Assembly: GCF_009914755.1 (NCBI RefSeq) | Contig: NC_060926.1 | Length of the DNA: 64,000 nt | Origin: the human T2T-CHM13v2.0 reference genome, Homo sapiens | Reading direction: 5' to 3' (one strand) | In this document: piece after piece, positions 14,268-28,182 of the stretch | How the letters are laid out: every line of letters starts with the position of its first letter | Numbering within the stretch: the stretch's first letter is position 1 | Program-made: the position numbers and the translations under genes | The notes under the pieces: generated by a model | Told to the model about the DNA's origin: nothing | The model's database searches: none | The model's input: only the letters and a program-made list of their open reading frames with translations

Positions 14268-14560
14268 TTTTCATCAACATTCATTAAGTTCCTACCAGGT
14301 ACCAAGCTCTGTACTAGTTGCTAGGGATATAGTAATGATAACAAGCAGTCTCTACCATTTGGGAGCTTACAGGACAGTAGGAAAAACACAAAAGCTAATA
14401 ACTCTAATACCTGATGCTAAGTGATCAAAGTATATGGGAGGATGTTATGGGACACAGAGAAAGCATATCCAGTGCTACCTTGGGATTGTTCAATAAGCCT
14501 TTCTTGAGCAGTGACTGTGTGTTTTGACATGGGGCTACAAAGATGAAAGAGACTTGGCGC
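14268..14560 (-). mobile_element. L2 3' end
   Basis: TTCATCAACATTCATTAAGTTCCTACCAGGTACCAAGCTCTGTACTAG...GGAGCTTACAG. Confidence 0.7.
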
Positions 14561-14689
14561 CTGGCCATAAGGATTTAAAACCTGACAGAAGAGACATATA
14601 AACAATTCAATCTAATACAATGTGGTAAATGCTCAGCTAGCAGAGGGATTAAAGTATGAGAGCACAGAGGTAGAGATTAATGAATGATT

Positions 14690-14830
14690 TAATGCCTACT
14701 TAATACTCTATTGTTTGCAAAACCCTTAAACATACGTGATCTCATTTGATGTTTATGAACAGGTAGGATTTATCTTTCTCTTATTGATGAAGAAACTCAG
14801 GCTCAAAGATGTTGTGATTTGTCTAAGGTT
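14690..14830 (-). mobile_element. MIR
   Basis: ATCTCATTTGAT...GATGAAGAAACTCAGGCTCAAAGATGTT...GATTTGTCTAAGG. Confidence 0.65.
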
Positions 14831-14832
14831 GG

Positions 14833-15215
14833 TGTCATAGTCTGCTTGAACTGTTGTGATAAAATAAGACAGACTGGGTTACTTAAACAATAAAAATGTA
14901 TTTTTTTACAGTTCTGGAGGCCAAAAGTCCCAGATCAAGGTCATATGGAGCTGGTTCCAGGTAAGGGTTCTCTTCCTGGCTTGCAGATGGCTACCTTCTG
15001 TTTGTGTCCTCACATGGTGGAGAAGGAGAGACAGTGAGCAAGCTCTCTAGTATCTCTTCTTATAGGGACATTAATCCTATGTGACCAGAGCCCCACCTTT
15101 TTGATCTTATTTAACTTTACTTCCAGGGAGGCCCCATGTCCAAATAGAGCCATGCTGAGAGGTTAGGGCTTCAAAATAGGAATTTTTGGCGAACACAGAC
15201 ACTCAACGCATAAGA
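14833..15215 (-). mobile_element. MLT1A/MLT1A0 solo LTR
   Basis: ACAGTTCTGGAGGCCAAAAGTCCCAGATCAAGG...CCTCACATGGTGGA; 5-bp TSD GTTGG at 14828-14832 and 15216-15220. Confidence 0.9.
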
Positions 15216-15253
15216 GTTGGGCTATGTACTTGGGGCTTCAGCCAATAAATCGG

Positions 15254-15255
15254 GT

Positions 15256-15300
<45 letters not shown>
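15254..15300. repeat. (TG)n microsatellite
   Basis: About 20 TG units. Confidence 0.97.
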
Positions 15301-15302
<2 letters not shown>

Positions 15303-15856
15303 TGTGTATTTCCTTCACCATATTAGATCTATGAGGCATTTTCTCCCAATGTGATGAATCTGTGACTCCCTCTTAACATTGAAGACATAAACAGGTCTGA
15401 CATTTTGGGTCTCTGGCTACTCTTCCTTTCCCAGCTTATCTTTAGGACTTGCTGACATGCAATCCTTTCTACAGTGCTCTCCTTGGGCTTATGCACAGTC
15501 CATCCGTACCCATTTAGGTCTTGTCACTTAGAATCTTCAGTTGTAAGGAGATCATGACCTGGAAGCTAGTTCTGTTTAAAAAGAATTGGGTGCCTGGGGC
15601 AGGTCCCCATTGCCCTATCCAGGATGAGACTGCAGCCTGCTCCAGGACCATTTAGAGAAGTAGGAAGGAGGTGGTAGAGGTAGCCAAGGCAGCAGCCAGG
15701 ACTTACAGGGCTGGGAAGGGCATTTTGCCCAACAGCAGCAGCTGCCGTTACATGTTGGGCTTCCTGTCTTCTTACCCTCCCAATCAAGGAGCACAGCAAA
15801 TGCTTCTTCCTGCCTGTGTGGGGCTGATGTGCCCACTTCCTGGCTTCCTCCAGCCT

Positions 15857-16025
15857 TGTGATCTTCAATCTTTGCTGCACATTCAAATTACTAGGGGGAC
15901 ATTTAAATACTATTAATGCTCACCTTATCCCCAGAGATTCTGATTTAACTGGAGTGGGACTTAGGGTCTCTAGTTTTTGAAAGCTCCTCAAGCGATCTCA
16001 ACATGTTGCCAAGGATGAAAATTGG
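15857..16025. mobile_element. MER5A-like DNA transposon
   Basis: GCTGCACATTCAAATTACTAGGGG...CCCCAGAGATTCTGATTTAACTGG...AAAGCTCCTCAAGCGAT. Confidence 0.8.
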
Positions 16026-16293
16026 ACACATTCCGTCTGCCCCGTTTTCAAGGGGGTGGGGCATATGCTGTGATTCCCAGGCTTCTACAGCCTCATCCAA
16101 TTTGATTCTCTCAAGACCTGTGGGATAGAAGGTATCATGACCTTAGAGATGAAAGCCTGAGACTGCATTTGGCCTGTGAGCTGGGAGGGGTCTGTTAGTA
16201 GGCAGAAGGTTTAGGTAGAAACAAAGGCCAGACTTGCTATAAGGAAATCAGGAAGGAATGATATTGTTTTCTTGCTTTTTAAGGCAGACAGGA

Positions 16294-16400
16294 TTTCATT
16301 CATTTGTTCATTGAACAATATTTATTGAACAGCTCCTCCATGCCAAGTGCTGCACCAGGGGATGGGTTAAGACGTAGCCCTTGACACGTGGCACCCTCTG
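16294..16400 (-). mobile_element. L2 3' terminal fragment
   Basis: TTCATTCATTTGTTCATTGAACAATATTTATTGAACAGCTCCTCCATGCCAAG. Confidence 0.65.
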
Positions 16401-16964
16401 GGGCTCAGCCTTGGGTAGCGATTCTTTGGAGAAGTGTGCATTGTCAGAGCATTGTGGAACTGGAAAAGACACTGCCAGGGACAGTTTTCTTCGCCTACAT
16501 GACTCATATACTGAAAGAATGAAACTAATTTCTTCTTCCATTTAAAATTAAGCCTAGTCAGAATTTGTAATCTTGCTGGGATGTAAGTTTACAAGCCATA
16601 GCAAGGGATAATCATGGCAAATTTGAACTATGGCTTGATGACCAGGAAGAGAGAACATATCGCGCTAGACCCACGAATTCCACTGACGGCTCTGACACCC
16701 ACGAAGTCCATCCATCTCTGTGCAGGGACATTCCACTAAACAAAGCCAATTGATATCTCACATTCTGAAGATTTTTCAAATATTATTACTAAGGCATTTT
16801 CCCTTGTTTTGTTTTAATTCAAGTGGGTTTTTATTTGAGACTTAGAGGTCATAAGTTTTATATCCTCAGGCTCGATTTAAAACCTGGCCACAACAGATAG
16901 TAAACAGCGGTCTCATTTTCTTGTAACAATAGTTCATGACATTGTGGTAAGAAACTACACTTGG

Positions 16965-17115
16965 CAGCTGAACATAACAAAAAACGCATGGTCTTTGGAG
17001 TTGAACTGGCCCAAATACGAATCCTGTTCTGTCATTTACTTTGTTGGGATCCAGGGCAAGTTACTTAAGCATTTTAAGCCTCTGTTTCTTCATTTTCAAA
17101 ATGGGTATAGCAATG
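16965..17115 (+). mobile_element. MIR
   Basis: GGGCAAGTTACTTAA...AAGCCTCTGTTTCTTCATTTTCAAAATGGG. Confidence 0.8.
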
Positions 17116-17434
17116 TGAAAGAGTATATATATGCCTTAAACAGTGGCTAGTATGTAATTGGTTTTTGAAAAATATTCCTTTCTCCATGTGTAACGACATG
17201 ACACATGGCACATCTCAGGACCCTGGTTTAAGGAGATGTGAAGCACATAGAAGGTCTTAGTTGAAATTTTGCATTGGAAAAGGAGATCTTATAATCTCCA
17301 CCATGAATTATAAATATCTAAGGAAGAGAAACAGTGTGTTTCTTATGCTTGCAAATTGCCTTTAATCTTGTATGCTTGTGAATAGTTGAATGACAGGCAG
17401 ACACAACGGCTTTACGTTCAAGTGACAAGACAAA

Positions 17435-17885
17435 CAATAATACCTGTCAATAGAGACTTACCTCTGTGCCATACACTTTACATATCTTATTATTATTTTT
17501 TAAAGACAGAGTCTTGCTCTGTTGCCCAGGCTGGAGTGCAGTGACATGTTCACAGCTCACTGCAGTCCTGACCTCCTGGTCTCAAGCAATCCTCCCACCT
17601 CAGCCTCCTGAGTAGCTGGAACCACAGGCAAGCGCCACCACGCCCAGCTGATTTATTTTTATTTTTGTAGAGATGAGGTCTCACTATGTTGCCCAGGCTG
17701 GTCTCAAATTCCTGGGCTCAAGTGATCTTCCTGCCTCAGCCTCCCAAAGTGCTATTTTATCCTCATAATAACTTTTAAGAGAGGTGTTATCTCTATTTGC
17801 AAATAAGGAAACTAAACAGTAGTCAGGTTAATTGTCTTTCCCAAAGTTACACAACCAGTGGTAGAGGTGGGATTTTAAGCCAAAA
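17435..17885 (-). mobile_element. MIR interrupted by an AluJ
   Basis: TATCCTCATAATAAC...GCAAATAAGGAAACT...CCCAAAGTTACACA...GTAGAGGTGGGATT. Confidence 0.65.
17490..17753 (-). mobile_element. AluJo-like, missing about 30 bp of its 5' end
   Basis: Reverse Alu with CACAGCTCACTGCAG and GGTCTCACTATGTTGCCCAGG; stops at CCCAAAGTGCT. Confidence 0.93.
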
Positions 17886-19587
17886 ATTGTCAGTAAATCA
17901 TTGTAGATGGTGGCTATCATATTAAGAAGGCTATTTCTTGACTAAGCTCGGTCATGAGATTAGCATTCCAGTACCAACATGCTGGACACTTGCTGAATAG
18001 ATGAACACATAGAATCAGTGCCTGCAAGCAGGGTGTGCCTAGTTATCCAGCAGGATGATTTCCTGGATGAGGGTTCGAGCCAAGTGAATGGGGTAATGGC
18101 CCCTAACAAACCCAGGGCCCTTGGGTCAGTGGCATCTACAATGCAATGATTACATGCTAATAATTTCAGTATTTGCATTATAGTTCAGGAAATAGAAGAA
18201 CAAGTCTTTTCTTATTGCTTTGCCTTTGTTGGACATTTTGGTTGAGTACAATTTTTCCTTATCACCTTCTGAATACTTTCTGAAATACTTTCAACTGCAA
18301 TTCGACTTTCAGTCTTTGCAAGTGTATCCATTGGGTGATATGTATGGTGTTATGACATTTATGTTCTAATGACACATAAGGGCTTCCAGATTTGTAGTAA
18401 GTCTAGAATTCATCTCCAGTGACTACACTGAGCAAAAACAGAATATGCACTTTGTAATGATAAAAATTCTTAGTAATGGTTCTGTAATTAGCCTAATGAT
18501 TTCAACAACTGATCTTTAATATGCATGAGCTTAATTCCTGTTAAGAGCAGAAATCTCAGATTCCTCTCAAGGTCTCCCTTCATACTTATCTTCAGTAATT
18601 TAATAAATGTGTATGAGTCTATAGTTGCTCATGTTTTCTCCATTTATATGCATTTATCTGGGTCAACATGTGGTTAGAGTGATGACATACAAAGGAAATT
18701 CAGGCCTCTTGTCTCAGAGCCAGAGGCCTGTATAAACATTCCTGTGTCTGAGATTTGGGGGTTGGAGAAGGTCTCTGGACCTGTCCCCTCAAAATGTCAG
18801 GAGCTTACTGCATCTCCCAAAAGGATAGTGCCTAGAAAATGTAGACTTTGTTGATAAAAAATACATAGTGATCATTACATTGACATTTGAAGTATCTGGT
18901 TCTTTTCAGATTAGGCAGATGATAGTAAAAGGTCATTGGTGGTGTTGATGAAGGAGAGAGTGGTTGATGAGTAGGATATTAATAATGGCCCTTTACTGAG
19001 GCAAGCAAACAGAACCTAACAGACAATATATAGGCAAATACTGTTAAAAACACGGCGACACAAAAACTCACAGGGCTCCACAGAAATACAAGCAAAAACA
19101 AACTCCAGACCTCTTGGCTTAACATAATTCCAGAAAAGACCCAGTAAGGGTCTGGATAAAGTGTCCATGGCCAAGAGGAACTGAAAAAGTCAGATTCCAG
19201 GGGTCCTCACATTTCTGGTTTCCCATTAGATTTTATCTCCCATCTCAAGCAGTAGGATCTGGCAAGAGGGATACAAAAGACTCTGCAATTCAACTTTCAG
19301 AAGAGCTGGGGGAAGAAGCAAGGCCATGCCTCTCTGTTAGTAATCCTCTGTGCTTTAGACCACAGTGTGAGAATTTGGAGGTGAGAGGGCAAAAGGAGGT
19401 TGCAGCAGGAATCTTGGCCTGGGATCAGTTTGAGGGAGTTTTGCATAAAGGTATTTACTTTGGGAAGATAATATTAGCTCAATTATTTCCCATGGAAACT
19501 GGAAAATAAACTCCCACTTTAAACTAAACACATGCACATACTTAGTTTCTGTTTGCACTCTTTCCCTGACTAGTGAGTGAGAAAGGT

Positions 19588-19634
19588 CTGTGTGTGTGTG
19601 TCTGTGTGTGTGTGTGTGTGTGTGTGAGTGTGTA
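19588..19634. repeat. Interrupted (TG)n microsatellite
   Basis: Seen directly; source of the HTHT run in ORF 19355..19669. Confidence 0.95.
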
Positions 19635-20379
19635 TGCTTCTTTGTGGCCCTATTTTTGCTTTGCTTCAACTTATTTCGTCATTTCATGCTTGCTGCCTAG
19701 CAGACATGGATGGGTGGATTTTGATCAGAGTTAAAGGCAGTTTGCCCACTATCTGCCATGGTGGGACTTATGCCTGCCAGTCGGTAGGCCTCCCTGAAGT
19801 TCATCTTGTCTTGTCAAAATGCTGATGCATCAAGATTGATGTGTTTTGAGTAGGAATTATTTTTCAAAGCCTTGTTTGGGCCAGTTCTGGTCTGGTGCCA
19901 TGTCTTACATAGTGTATATCATGAATCTTCACTGAGAAAGAAACAAGCCTGTGTTTCTGAAGTGTCCTTCAGCTTAGGTTTGCCCATACACTTTTGGTAA
20001 AATTCCTTTTCCAGAAGCCTCAGAGTGAGTCCAGGATACAGAAAAAGAGGAGTGTATCATGCTTGTGGGTTTAACAGTTTATCTGTCACCACCTCCTCCC
20101 CACCCCATGAAAAGGCCAAGCTGTCTCACTGGGGATAATTTAATGCCACTCTTCTAGGATAACAGAGAGTCACTTAATGCATGTATTTAGTCAGTCTTTG
20201 AAGTAAAGGAAGGTGTGTCGATTTCTGTGTAGAAGCGGTATGCCCAAAGGAGTGGAGTGGTTCTACTCCTCCTCCTTCACCTCCTCCTTCCATTAATTTT
20301 GAGCACTGCATAAAGCATGGTATTATTGAGGATGTTGCTGGGGATGTTGTTCCATTTATTTTTACTACATATCAAATCA

Positions 20380-20828
20380 CTGCATAGTTTTTGTAGGTTA
20401 GAAAGTTGTAAAGGGCTGTGATGAGTGGTTCTGGAAGGGTGTGTCTCCTGCAGGAACCTATAGGAGCTTGGGTCTGGCTTGGCATCTCTCTCTCTCTCTC
20501 CATGTAGTCTCAGGGTATCTCCATGTGATCTTTCCATTTGGGATAATTTGGGCTTCCTCACAACGTGGTGGCTTCGGGGAGGTAGACTGTTAAATGATAA
20601 ATCAGGGCTTCAGCGCTAGTGCACCAGTGAACTAGGGGGAGGCATCAACTTTCCTAACAGCCTTGGAAATCATGTAGTATTACGTCTGTTGCATTCTGTT
20701 GGTTCTAAGCAAGTCAGTGTACTCAGAGATAAGGAAAATGGATACTGACCCTACTTTTTGATGGGAGGAGTATCAAGGTAATATTGTAGAAAAGCATGTG
20801 CCATCTTTGGGGGATACAATTTGTCATA
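20380..20828 (-). mobile_element. MaLR LTR (MLT1H/G-like)
   Basis: TTTGGGCTTCCTCACAACGTGGTGGCT...GCATTCTGTTGGT...AAGCAAGTCA...TTGATGGGAGGAGT...GCCATCTTTG. Confidence 0.75.
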
Positions 20829-23234
20829 GGAATAGCTCTATTCAAGAAAAAATAATCACAGTAAAGACAGTCCAACTGGCAATAGTCCTTTCGGGAAATT
20901 CTGTGATCTCAAAATGTTGCATGCCAGTTTGAATGGTAAAATATACACTGACCTTTCTGTGAAATCATTTTTTTTTACTTTAAAATGTTATATTGTGGTA
21001 TACTTTACATTCAATAAAATAAACACATCTTAAATATACAGTTTAATAAATTTTGATAAATGTTTGCACTCGTGTGACAACCACCCCTGTCAAAACACAG
21101 AATACTTCATCACCCCCAAAATTCCCTTGTGCTCTTATGGAGTAAACCCTTGCTGTCTTTGGTCTCAGGCAATTTCTGTGTTGTTTTCTGTTACTATTGA
21201 TCAATTTTACCTGTTTTAGATTTTCACGGAATCTGACAGCATATACTCTTTTGTCGGCATAATAGTTTTGAGATTCACTCATTTTGTTGTATGTAATGTA
21301 AATCAACATTATTTCTGAGTAATATGCCATAGAATGAATATACTGTAATTTGTTTATCCATTCTCCAGTTGATAGACATTTGGGTTGTTTATTGTTTTTG
21401 GCTATTATGAATAAAGCTGGTATGAATATTCATGTACAAATGCTTATGTAGACATACCCTTTCATTTCTCCTGGATTAATACTAAGGAGTGGAATTGCTG
21501 GGCCATATGGGAAATTTATGTTGAACTTTCTGAGAAACTGTCATTCTGTTTTCCACAGTGGTTGTTCCATTTTACATTCTCACCAACAACATAAGAAAGT
21601 TTCTGTAACTTTACATCCTCACTGTACTTGGGTATGTCAGTCTTCAATTTTAGATAATCCAGTGTGTAGTGCTTTAAATATACATTTTCATGATGATCAG
21701 GATGTTGAGCATATTTTCATTCATTTATTAGACATTTATATTTCTCCTTTTGTAAACTATCTGTTCAAATCTTCTGCCCATTAAGCATTTTAAAACATAT
21801 TTTTCCTGTTGGATTATAGTTCTTTAAATAGTCTCAATACAAGACCTGCAGTAGGTATGTATATGGTGAATATTTTTTTTCCCAGTCTGTGGATTGCCTG
21901 TTTATTCTTTTATGATATCTTTGGACTAGAAGTCATTAATTTTGATAATGTTTCATTTATACTTTTTCATTTTATGGTTTGTTCTTTTTATCTGTTATGT
22001 CTAAAAAAATCTTTCCTACCCCATAGTCACAAAGATTTTCTTCTGCATATTTTTCTAGAAGTCTTACAGTTTTAGCTTCAATTTCTATGATCAATTTTTG
22101 TTTATAGTGCGAGGTAAGGGTCAAGGTTTATTTGTTAAAAATATGGGATCTGGTTTTTCAAGAACTGTGTTGAAAACACTATCCTTTACTTATTGAATTA
22201 TCTCTACATCCTTGTTAAAAGTCAATTTACCATTGGGTAGTTATATTTTTTGACTGCCTATTGTGTTCCATTTATTTATATGTCTATCCTTATGTAAATA
22301 TCACACTGTCTCCATTTCTGTAGCTTTATAGAAAGTCTCAAATTCCTTTCTAAAATTGCTTTTACCAATCTTGGTTCTTTGCATTATATCACCATAAATT
22401 TCAAAAACACCCTGTCAATTTCTTTTAAAAAGCTTCCTGGGATTTTTATTAGAATTCCATTGTATCTATAGATCACTTCAGGGAAATTTATCGATTTATA
22501 ATGTTGAATCTTTTGATTCATGAACATAGTATATCTCTTCATTTATTTAGGATTTTAAACATTTATCTCTTACACAGTTTTTGTTAGATTTATGCTTATT
22601 TTATGTTTTGATCCTATTGTAAATAACATTGTTTTAAGTTTCATTTTTGAAATTATTCATTGTGCTAGTATACAGAGGTAAAAATGGTTTTTATATTAAT
22701 CCTGTATCTTGCAACCTTGCTGTATTCATCTATTAGTTGCAATAGTTTTTATTATGGATTCTTTAGGGGTTTCAATATGTACAATCATGTCATCTGTGAA
22801 TAAAGGAAGTTTTATATTTTCCTTTCTAATCTGTATGCCTTTTATTATCTTTTTCTTGCCTTACTGTATTGGTCAGGACCTCCAATACAACTTTGAATGG
22901 AAGTGATAAGAGCATGCATCCTTGCCTTCTTTCTGATATTAGAGGGAAAACATTCAATTAAGTGTGATGTTAGCTGTAGATTTTTTTTTTTTGGTAGATG
23001 CCTTTTATTGGGTTGAGGAAATTCCCTTTTACTCTTAGTTTGCTGGGGGATTTAAAAATAATTGTGCCTGGTTTTTGAATTTCCCAGTGCTTTTTATGTA
23101 TCTATGGGAATGGTTATAGAGTTTTTCTGGTTGATTCTGTTGATACAGTGTATTGCATTAATTATTCTCTAATGGCAAACCAACTTGCATTCCTGAGACA
23201 ACTCCCATTTGGTCATGATGTATTATCTTGTTGC

Positions 23235-23515
23235 AGTGTCTATCAATGGAGTGTCTATCTTGAGGTCGCAGTAAAGATATTGGCTAGGATTGAAGTTATC
23301 TGAAGCTTTGTCTGGTTGAAAGTTTCTGCTTCTAGGAAACTTCTTGCTAAAAGTCACATGACTGTGTTTGGCAGCAGATCTTTCTTTACCGATGAACCTG
23401 TTTTCTCAGTGTGACAGCTAGATTCCCCCAGAGTGAGTGATTGGGTATGTTGTCAGGGAGGGAGGAGAGAAGAGAAAAAGAGCCAGAGTGAGAGTGAGGG
23501 AGACTGAAAGAGACT
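23235..23515 (-). mobile_element. Internal MLT1 (E/F-like) LTR fragment embedded in the L1
   Basis: TGAGGTCGCAGTAAAGATATTGGCTAGG...ATCTGAAGCTTTG...CACATGACTG...TTCCCCCAGAGTGAGTGAT. Confidence 0.6.
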
Positions 23516-26310
23516 TTTGTTTTTCTGTTTTCTATTTCATTGACTTCTGCTTTTATTATTTTCTTCCTTGTATTCATTTAGTGGTCACTTTTGGTCTTCT
23601 TTTTTAGCTTCTTGAGTAGGAATATTAGATTGTTGATTTTTAAAATGTATTCTTTCTCATGTAAGCATTTAAGAGTACAGATTTCTCTTTAAGCCTACTT
23701 GAGTTGCATCTTATACATTCTGATGTGCTGGGTATTTGCCATCATTTAAAATACTTAAAAGTTTCTCTTGAAATTTCTTCTTTGGTGTATGGCTTATGGA
23801 CTATTTAAAAGAGTTTTTACTTAATTTCAAAAAAGTAAGGATCTTACAGTTATATTTTTGTTATCCATTTCTAATTTATTTCCATTGTGATAAGTGAATA
23901 TCCTATGCATAATTTCAATTTTAAAAATGTATTTCTACCTCTTTTATGACCCAGCATAGGTCTACCACAGTGAATGTTTTATTTGTACTTGAAAAGAATG
24001 TGTATTTGTCCATGTTACATGTAGTGTTTTAAAAATATCAATTAAGTCATGTTGGTTGATTGAGTTTTCCATGTCTTCTGTATCTTTACTGATTTTTTAA
24101 AAATCTACTTGTTCTATCAGTTACTGGTAGAGGAGTGCTGAAATTTTCATTTCCCTGTTGGTTTGTTTATTTTCCCCCTCGGTTCTATCAGTTTTTCTTC
24201 ATGTATCTTGAAGTCCTGTAATTGAATGAATACACATTTAGGATTGTTATGTCTTCAGGAATATTTATCCTTTTTATCAATAAGAGACTATATCTCTTTC
24301 TGTCTGTTAATCTTTCTTATCTTGATAGGTACTTTGTTCAAACTTTCTATACTCTCCAACTTTTTATGATTAGTGTCCAAATGGTATGTATTTTTCTATC
24401 CTTTTATAACAGTTATCTTTTCTGTTTCAAAATGTTTGAAGTGCATTTCTTCTAGACAGTATATAATGGGTCTTGCTTTTTGAAAATCTGACAATCTCTG
24501 TGAGTGTTTTTTTTTGTGTGACAATTTCTGTTCAAATTATAGTGCTTAGGCTGTTTGTGGTGAATGTAATATCAGTATGCTTAAATTTAAGTTTATCATC
24601 TTGCTACTTACTTTCTATTCATTGCATACTTTATTTTCTCAGTTTTTCTCTTTTCCTGATTTATTTTGTATTGAGTATTTTAGCATTTTGTTTTATTTCT
24701 AATATTGGCTAATCTTTATACTTTTTAATTCATGGTTATTATAGTGTTTAAAATATGCATCTTAAGTCATTACAGTCTACCTTCAAGTAACATACTACCA
24801 TTTCATGTATAATATATTAACATTATGCAATTCCATTTCTCTGCTCTCATTCTTTGTGCTATTGTTATCATACCTTTTACTTATGCATAAATTATAAATT
24901 TCATAATACATTGTTCTAATTTTTGTTTTAAGCCATAATTATGTTTTAAATAAGCTTAAAATGAAAAAAATTCTTTTGTATTTGTTGCTCACGTACTTGC
25001 CATTTCTGGAGCTCTTTGTTACTGTTGAAGATCTGAGGTTTCATCTGTTATTTTCCTTCAGCTTGAAGAACTTCCTTTTACATTTATTGTAGTACAGGTT
25101 AGATGATCATAAATTATCCCAGCTTTTGTTTATGTGAAAATGTCTCCATTTTGTTTTTATTTTTAACAATATATTTGATGGATATAAAAGTCTAGGTTTA
25201 CTTTTTGTCCCCTTTTGGTACTTTAAAACATACCATTCAATTGTCTTTTGGCTGACTTTGTTTCTGATAAGAAGTCATTGGTTTTCTCACCTTTGTTTTT
25301 TTGTAACAAATATGTTTCCCCCTGCCTTTGGCTACCTTTTCTCTCTATTTCTAGTTTTCAGCAATTTTAATATGGTGTGCCCTAATGTGTTTTTCTTTGT
25401 GTTAATACTATGTGAGTTGTATTAATACTCTTGGATCTATAGGTTTATGCTTTTTATAAAAATTTGAAAAATTTAGCCATTATTTCATGTTTCTATTCCT
25501 ATGTCTTTGAGTTCACTGATCCTCTCTTTTCCAGTGTATATACTGCTATTGATCTCAGTCAACAAAATTTTCACTTCAGATGTGATGCTTTTTAGCTCCG
25601 TAAGTTTCATTTGGTTCTCTTTTATGTCTTCAATTTCTCTATTTCTTTTAAATCTTTGAAAATATGTAAATGTCACTTTAAAAATCTTTGTCTGTGAATT
25701 GTCATCTGTGTCATTTCTGTGTATGTTTCTATTGATTGATCTTTCTCTTCTGGCTACAGGTCCCATTTTACTGCTTTTTTTCAGGGTTACTCTTTTTTGA
25801 TAGGATACTGGCCATTGTAAATATCACTTTGTTGAGTAGACTTTGGAATCTTCTTTTACAGATATTTGGATTTTATTTTGGCAGACAGTTTAGCTACTTT
25901 TAGACCAACTTGATTCTTTTGAGGTTTGTTTTTAGCACAGGTCTGCAGTAGCCTCAGTCTAGCCCTAATACTTCTGGGGTCTTTTCTGAATGCCCTGCTT
26001 GTTCTGAGATTTCTACACCACAACTGGTAAGAACTTGGATGACTCCCAGGCTTGTATGAGTTATGGGAATTGTTCAGCTTACAGCTCCTTGTTAGTTCTT
26101 TCACTCATAGTTTCTTTTTTTTTGCCTAGTTTCGTGGTGTCTTACCACATATATGCAGAACAGGGTATGTTGCTGAAGACTCAAGGGACCACCTATGCAG
26201 CTTTCTGAAGCTCTTTCTTTGTGTGATTTTCTTCCCTTTGGAACTCTGCCTTGCAAATTCCAGCTGCCCAAGCCTCTTCTAACTCCAATATTGTATCTTT
26301 AACTCCATGA

Positions 26311-26642
<332 letters not shown>

Positions 26643-27671
26643 GGGTGCTTTTATATGCTCTAGTCTCCAGGTAGAAAGCTGGGACAGTTTTAGGGCTTAC
26701 CTTGTTTGTTTCCTTTCTTTTGGGGATCAATTTCTGTGCAGTCTGCAGCTTATGTTTGAAAAGAGTTGTTTCATAAATGCTTTCCTTTTGAAAAAATAGT
26801 TTATAGTGGGCAAGTAAGTCTAGTACCAGTTACTGTATCATATACTGTGACTAGAAGTTATAAAATCACATTTTAAGTCAAAGTGGAACAATCTTTTCTC
26901 ATTACTCTTTGTAGGCATATATAATTTTATCTGATAACTGGTTAACTGAAAAAAAAAATCCCTTTAGTACAATACTGAGAAATTAAGAATTTCCAATAAG
27001 AGAACTAGACTCTTAGAGTTGAGTTAATTTGATGTGTCTTTTGCCCATCGGACAGGGCTCCAAAATGATTTGGGAGAGAACTTGGCTGTAGTCTCTCTTA
27101 ACAAATATCAAAGTATCCTTCATTTTGTCACTCACTCTACTTTTGTCTACAGAAAGTGAATTCAAAAAAGCTGGAGAGGAGACGCATCAGGTCAGAAGGG
27201 ATTTGCTGCTCTGAACTGCCAGTTACACTGCACAAAAGTATGTCACATACCTTTTTGCAGAGCCACTAGTGCGGCATACAAAGAAAGGGTTCTTATTGCT
27301 ATCTTGGCTGCCGTTGTGGTTTTATGTTCCCATGGTTTGGAAGCCATGACTTAGAAAGAGCCATGGTACCTGGCTGACAAACCAGCTGACATAAATGTGC
27401 TAACCATTTTCTGGCAGGTGGCCTGGTCTGCTAGCTGGCTTCTGAGAAATGATACACATGGAGGCCTCACAGACAGATCACCACTATCTCCAGCCTCTGA
27501 AAGTTCTGGAATCTGAATCTGGAATGAGTTTACTGCCCTCTATTTTCACTGGAAATAGACCAAAGAAACTGCCAAATGCTCTTTCCGTGTCAAACATCCA
27601 ACATACAATGCGACTGTGGTTGTTAAGGCATTGGGTTCTTCAAATGGGTGGGCCTAGGAAGAGTTAAATCA

Positions 27672-27745
27672 GTCTGTCTGTCTATCTGTCTATCCATCCA
27701 TGCATCCATCCATCATCTATCTATCATGTATCTACCTATCTAAAT
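27672..27745. repeat. Compound (TCTG)(TCTA)(TCCA) tetranucleotide repeat
   Basis: Seen directly. Confidence 0.85.
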
Positions 27746-27819
27746 ATACATGCTATAGCTGTATATATTATATTTCTAGTTTACATGTTGTTTTAATACA
27801 TAGATGAAACTAATGCAGG

Positions 27820-27970
27820 CTAGTTTCTCAATCCCTCATCTGCAATAAAAGAATAATATTAATTTGTACTGCATAGGATAGGAAGATACAATGAATTCAT
27901 AGGTGTAAATAACTTAATACCTAGTACATAGTGCCTTAGCTCAATACATCTTTACTACTGTTATTATTGT
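27820..27970 (+). mobile_element. MIR
   Basis: TCTCAATCCCTCATCTGCAATAA...CCTAGTACATAGTG...CTCAATACAT. Confidence 0.65.
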
Positions 27971-28182
27971 TTTACATTATAGATGGAAGGTAGTGCTTCT
28001 TGGTTACTCCAAGACTTATTCTATAGAGTATGCTTGAGCTTGGCTCCTCTATGGCCCTGTTTCAGCTTTTTGGTGTTGTTAATTTATATTCTCTTTTTAA
28101 CATATACTTTAGGAAACACATTCCCTGCCCTGCCCTGCCCTGCCCTCCCCTCCCTCCCCTCCCCTTCTCTTCCTGTCATCCA

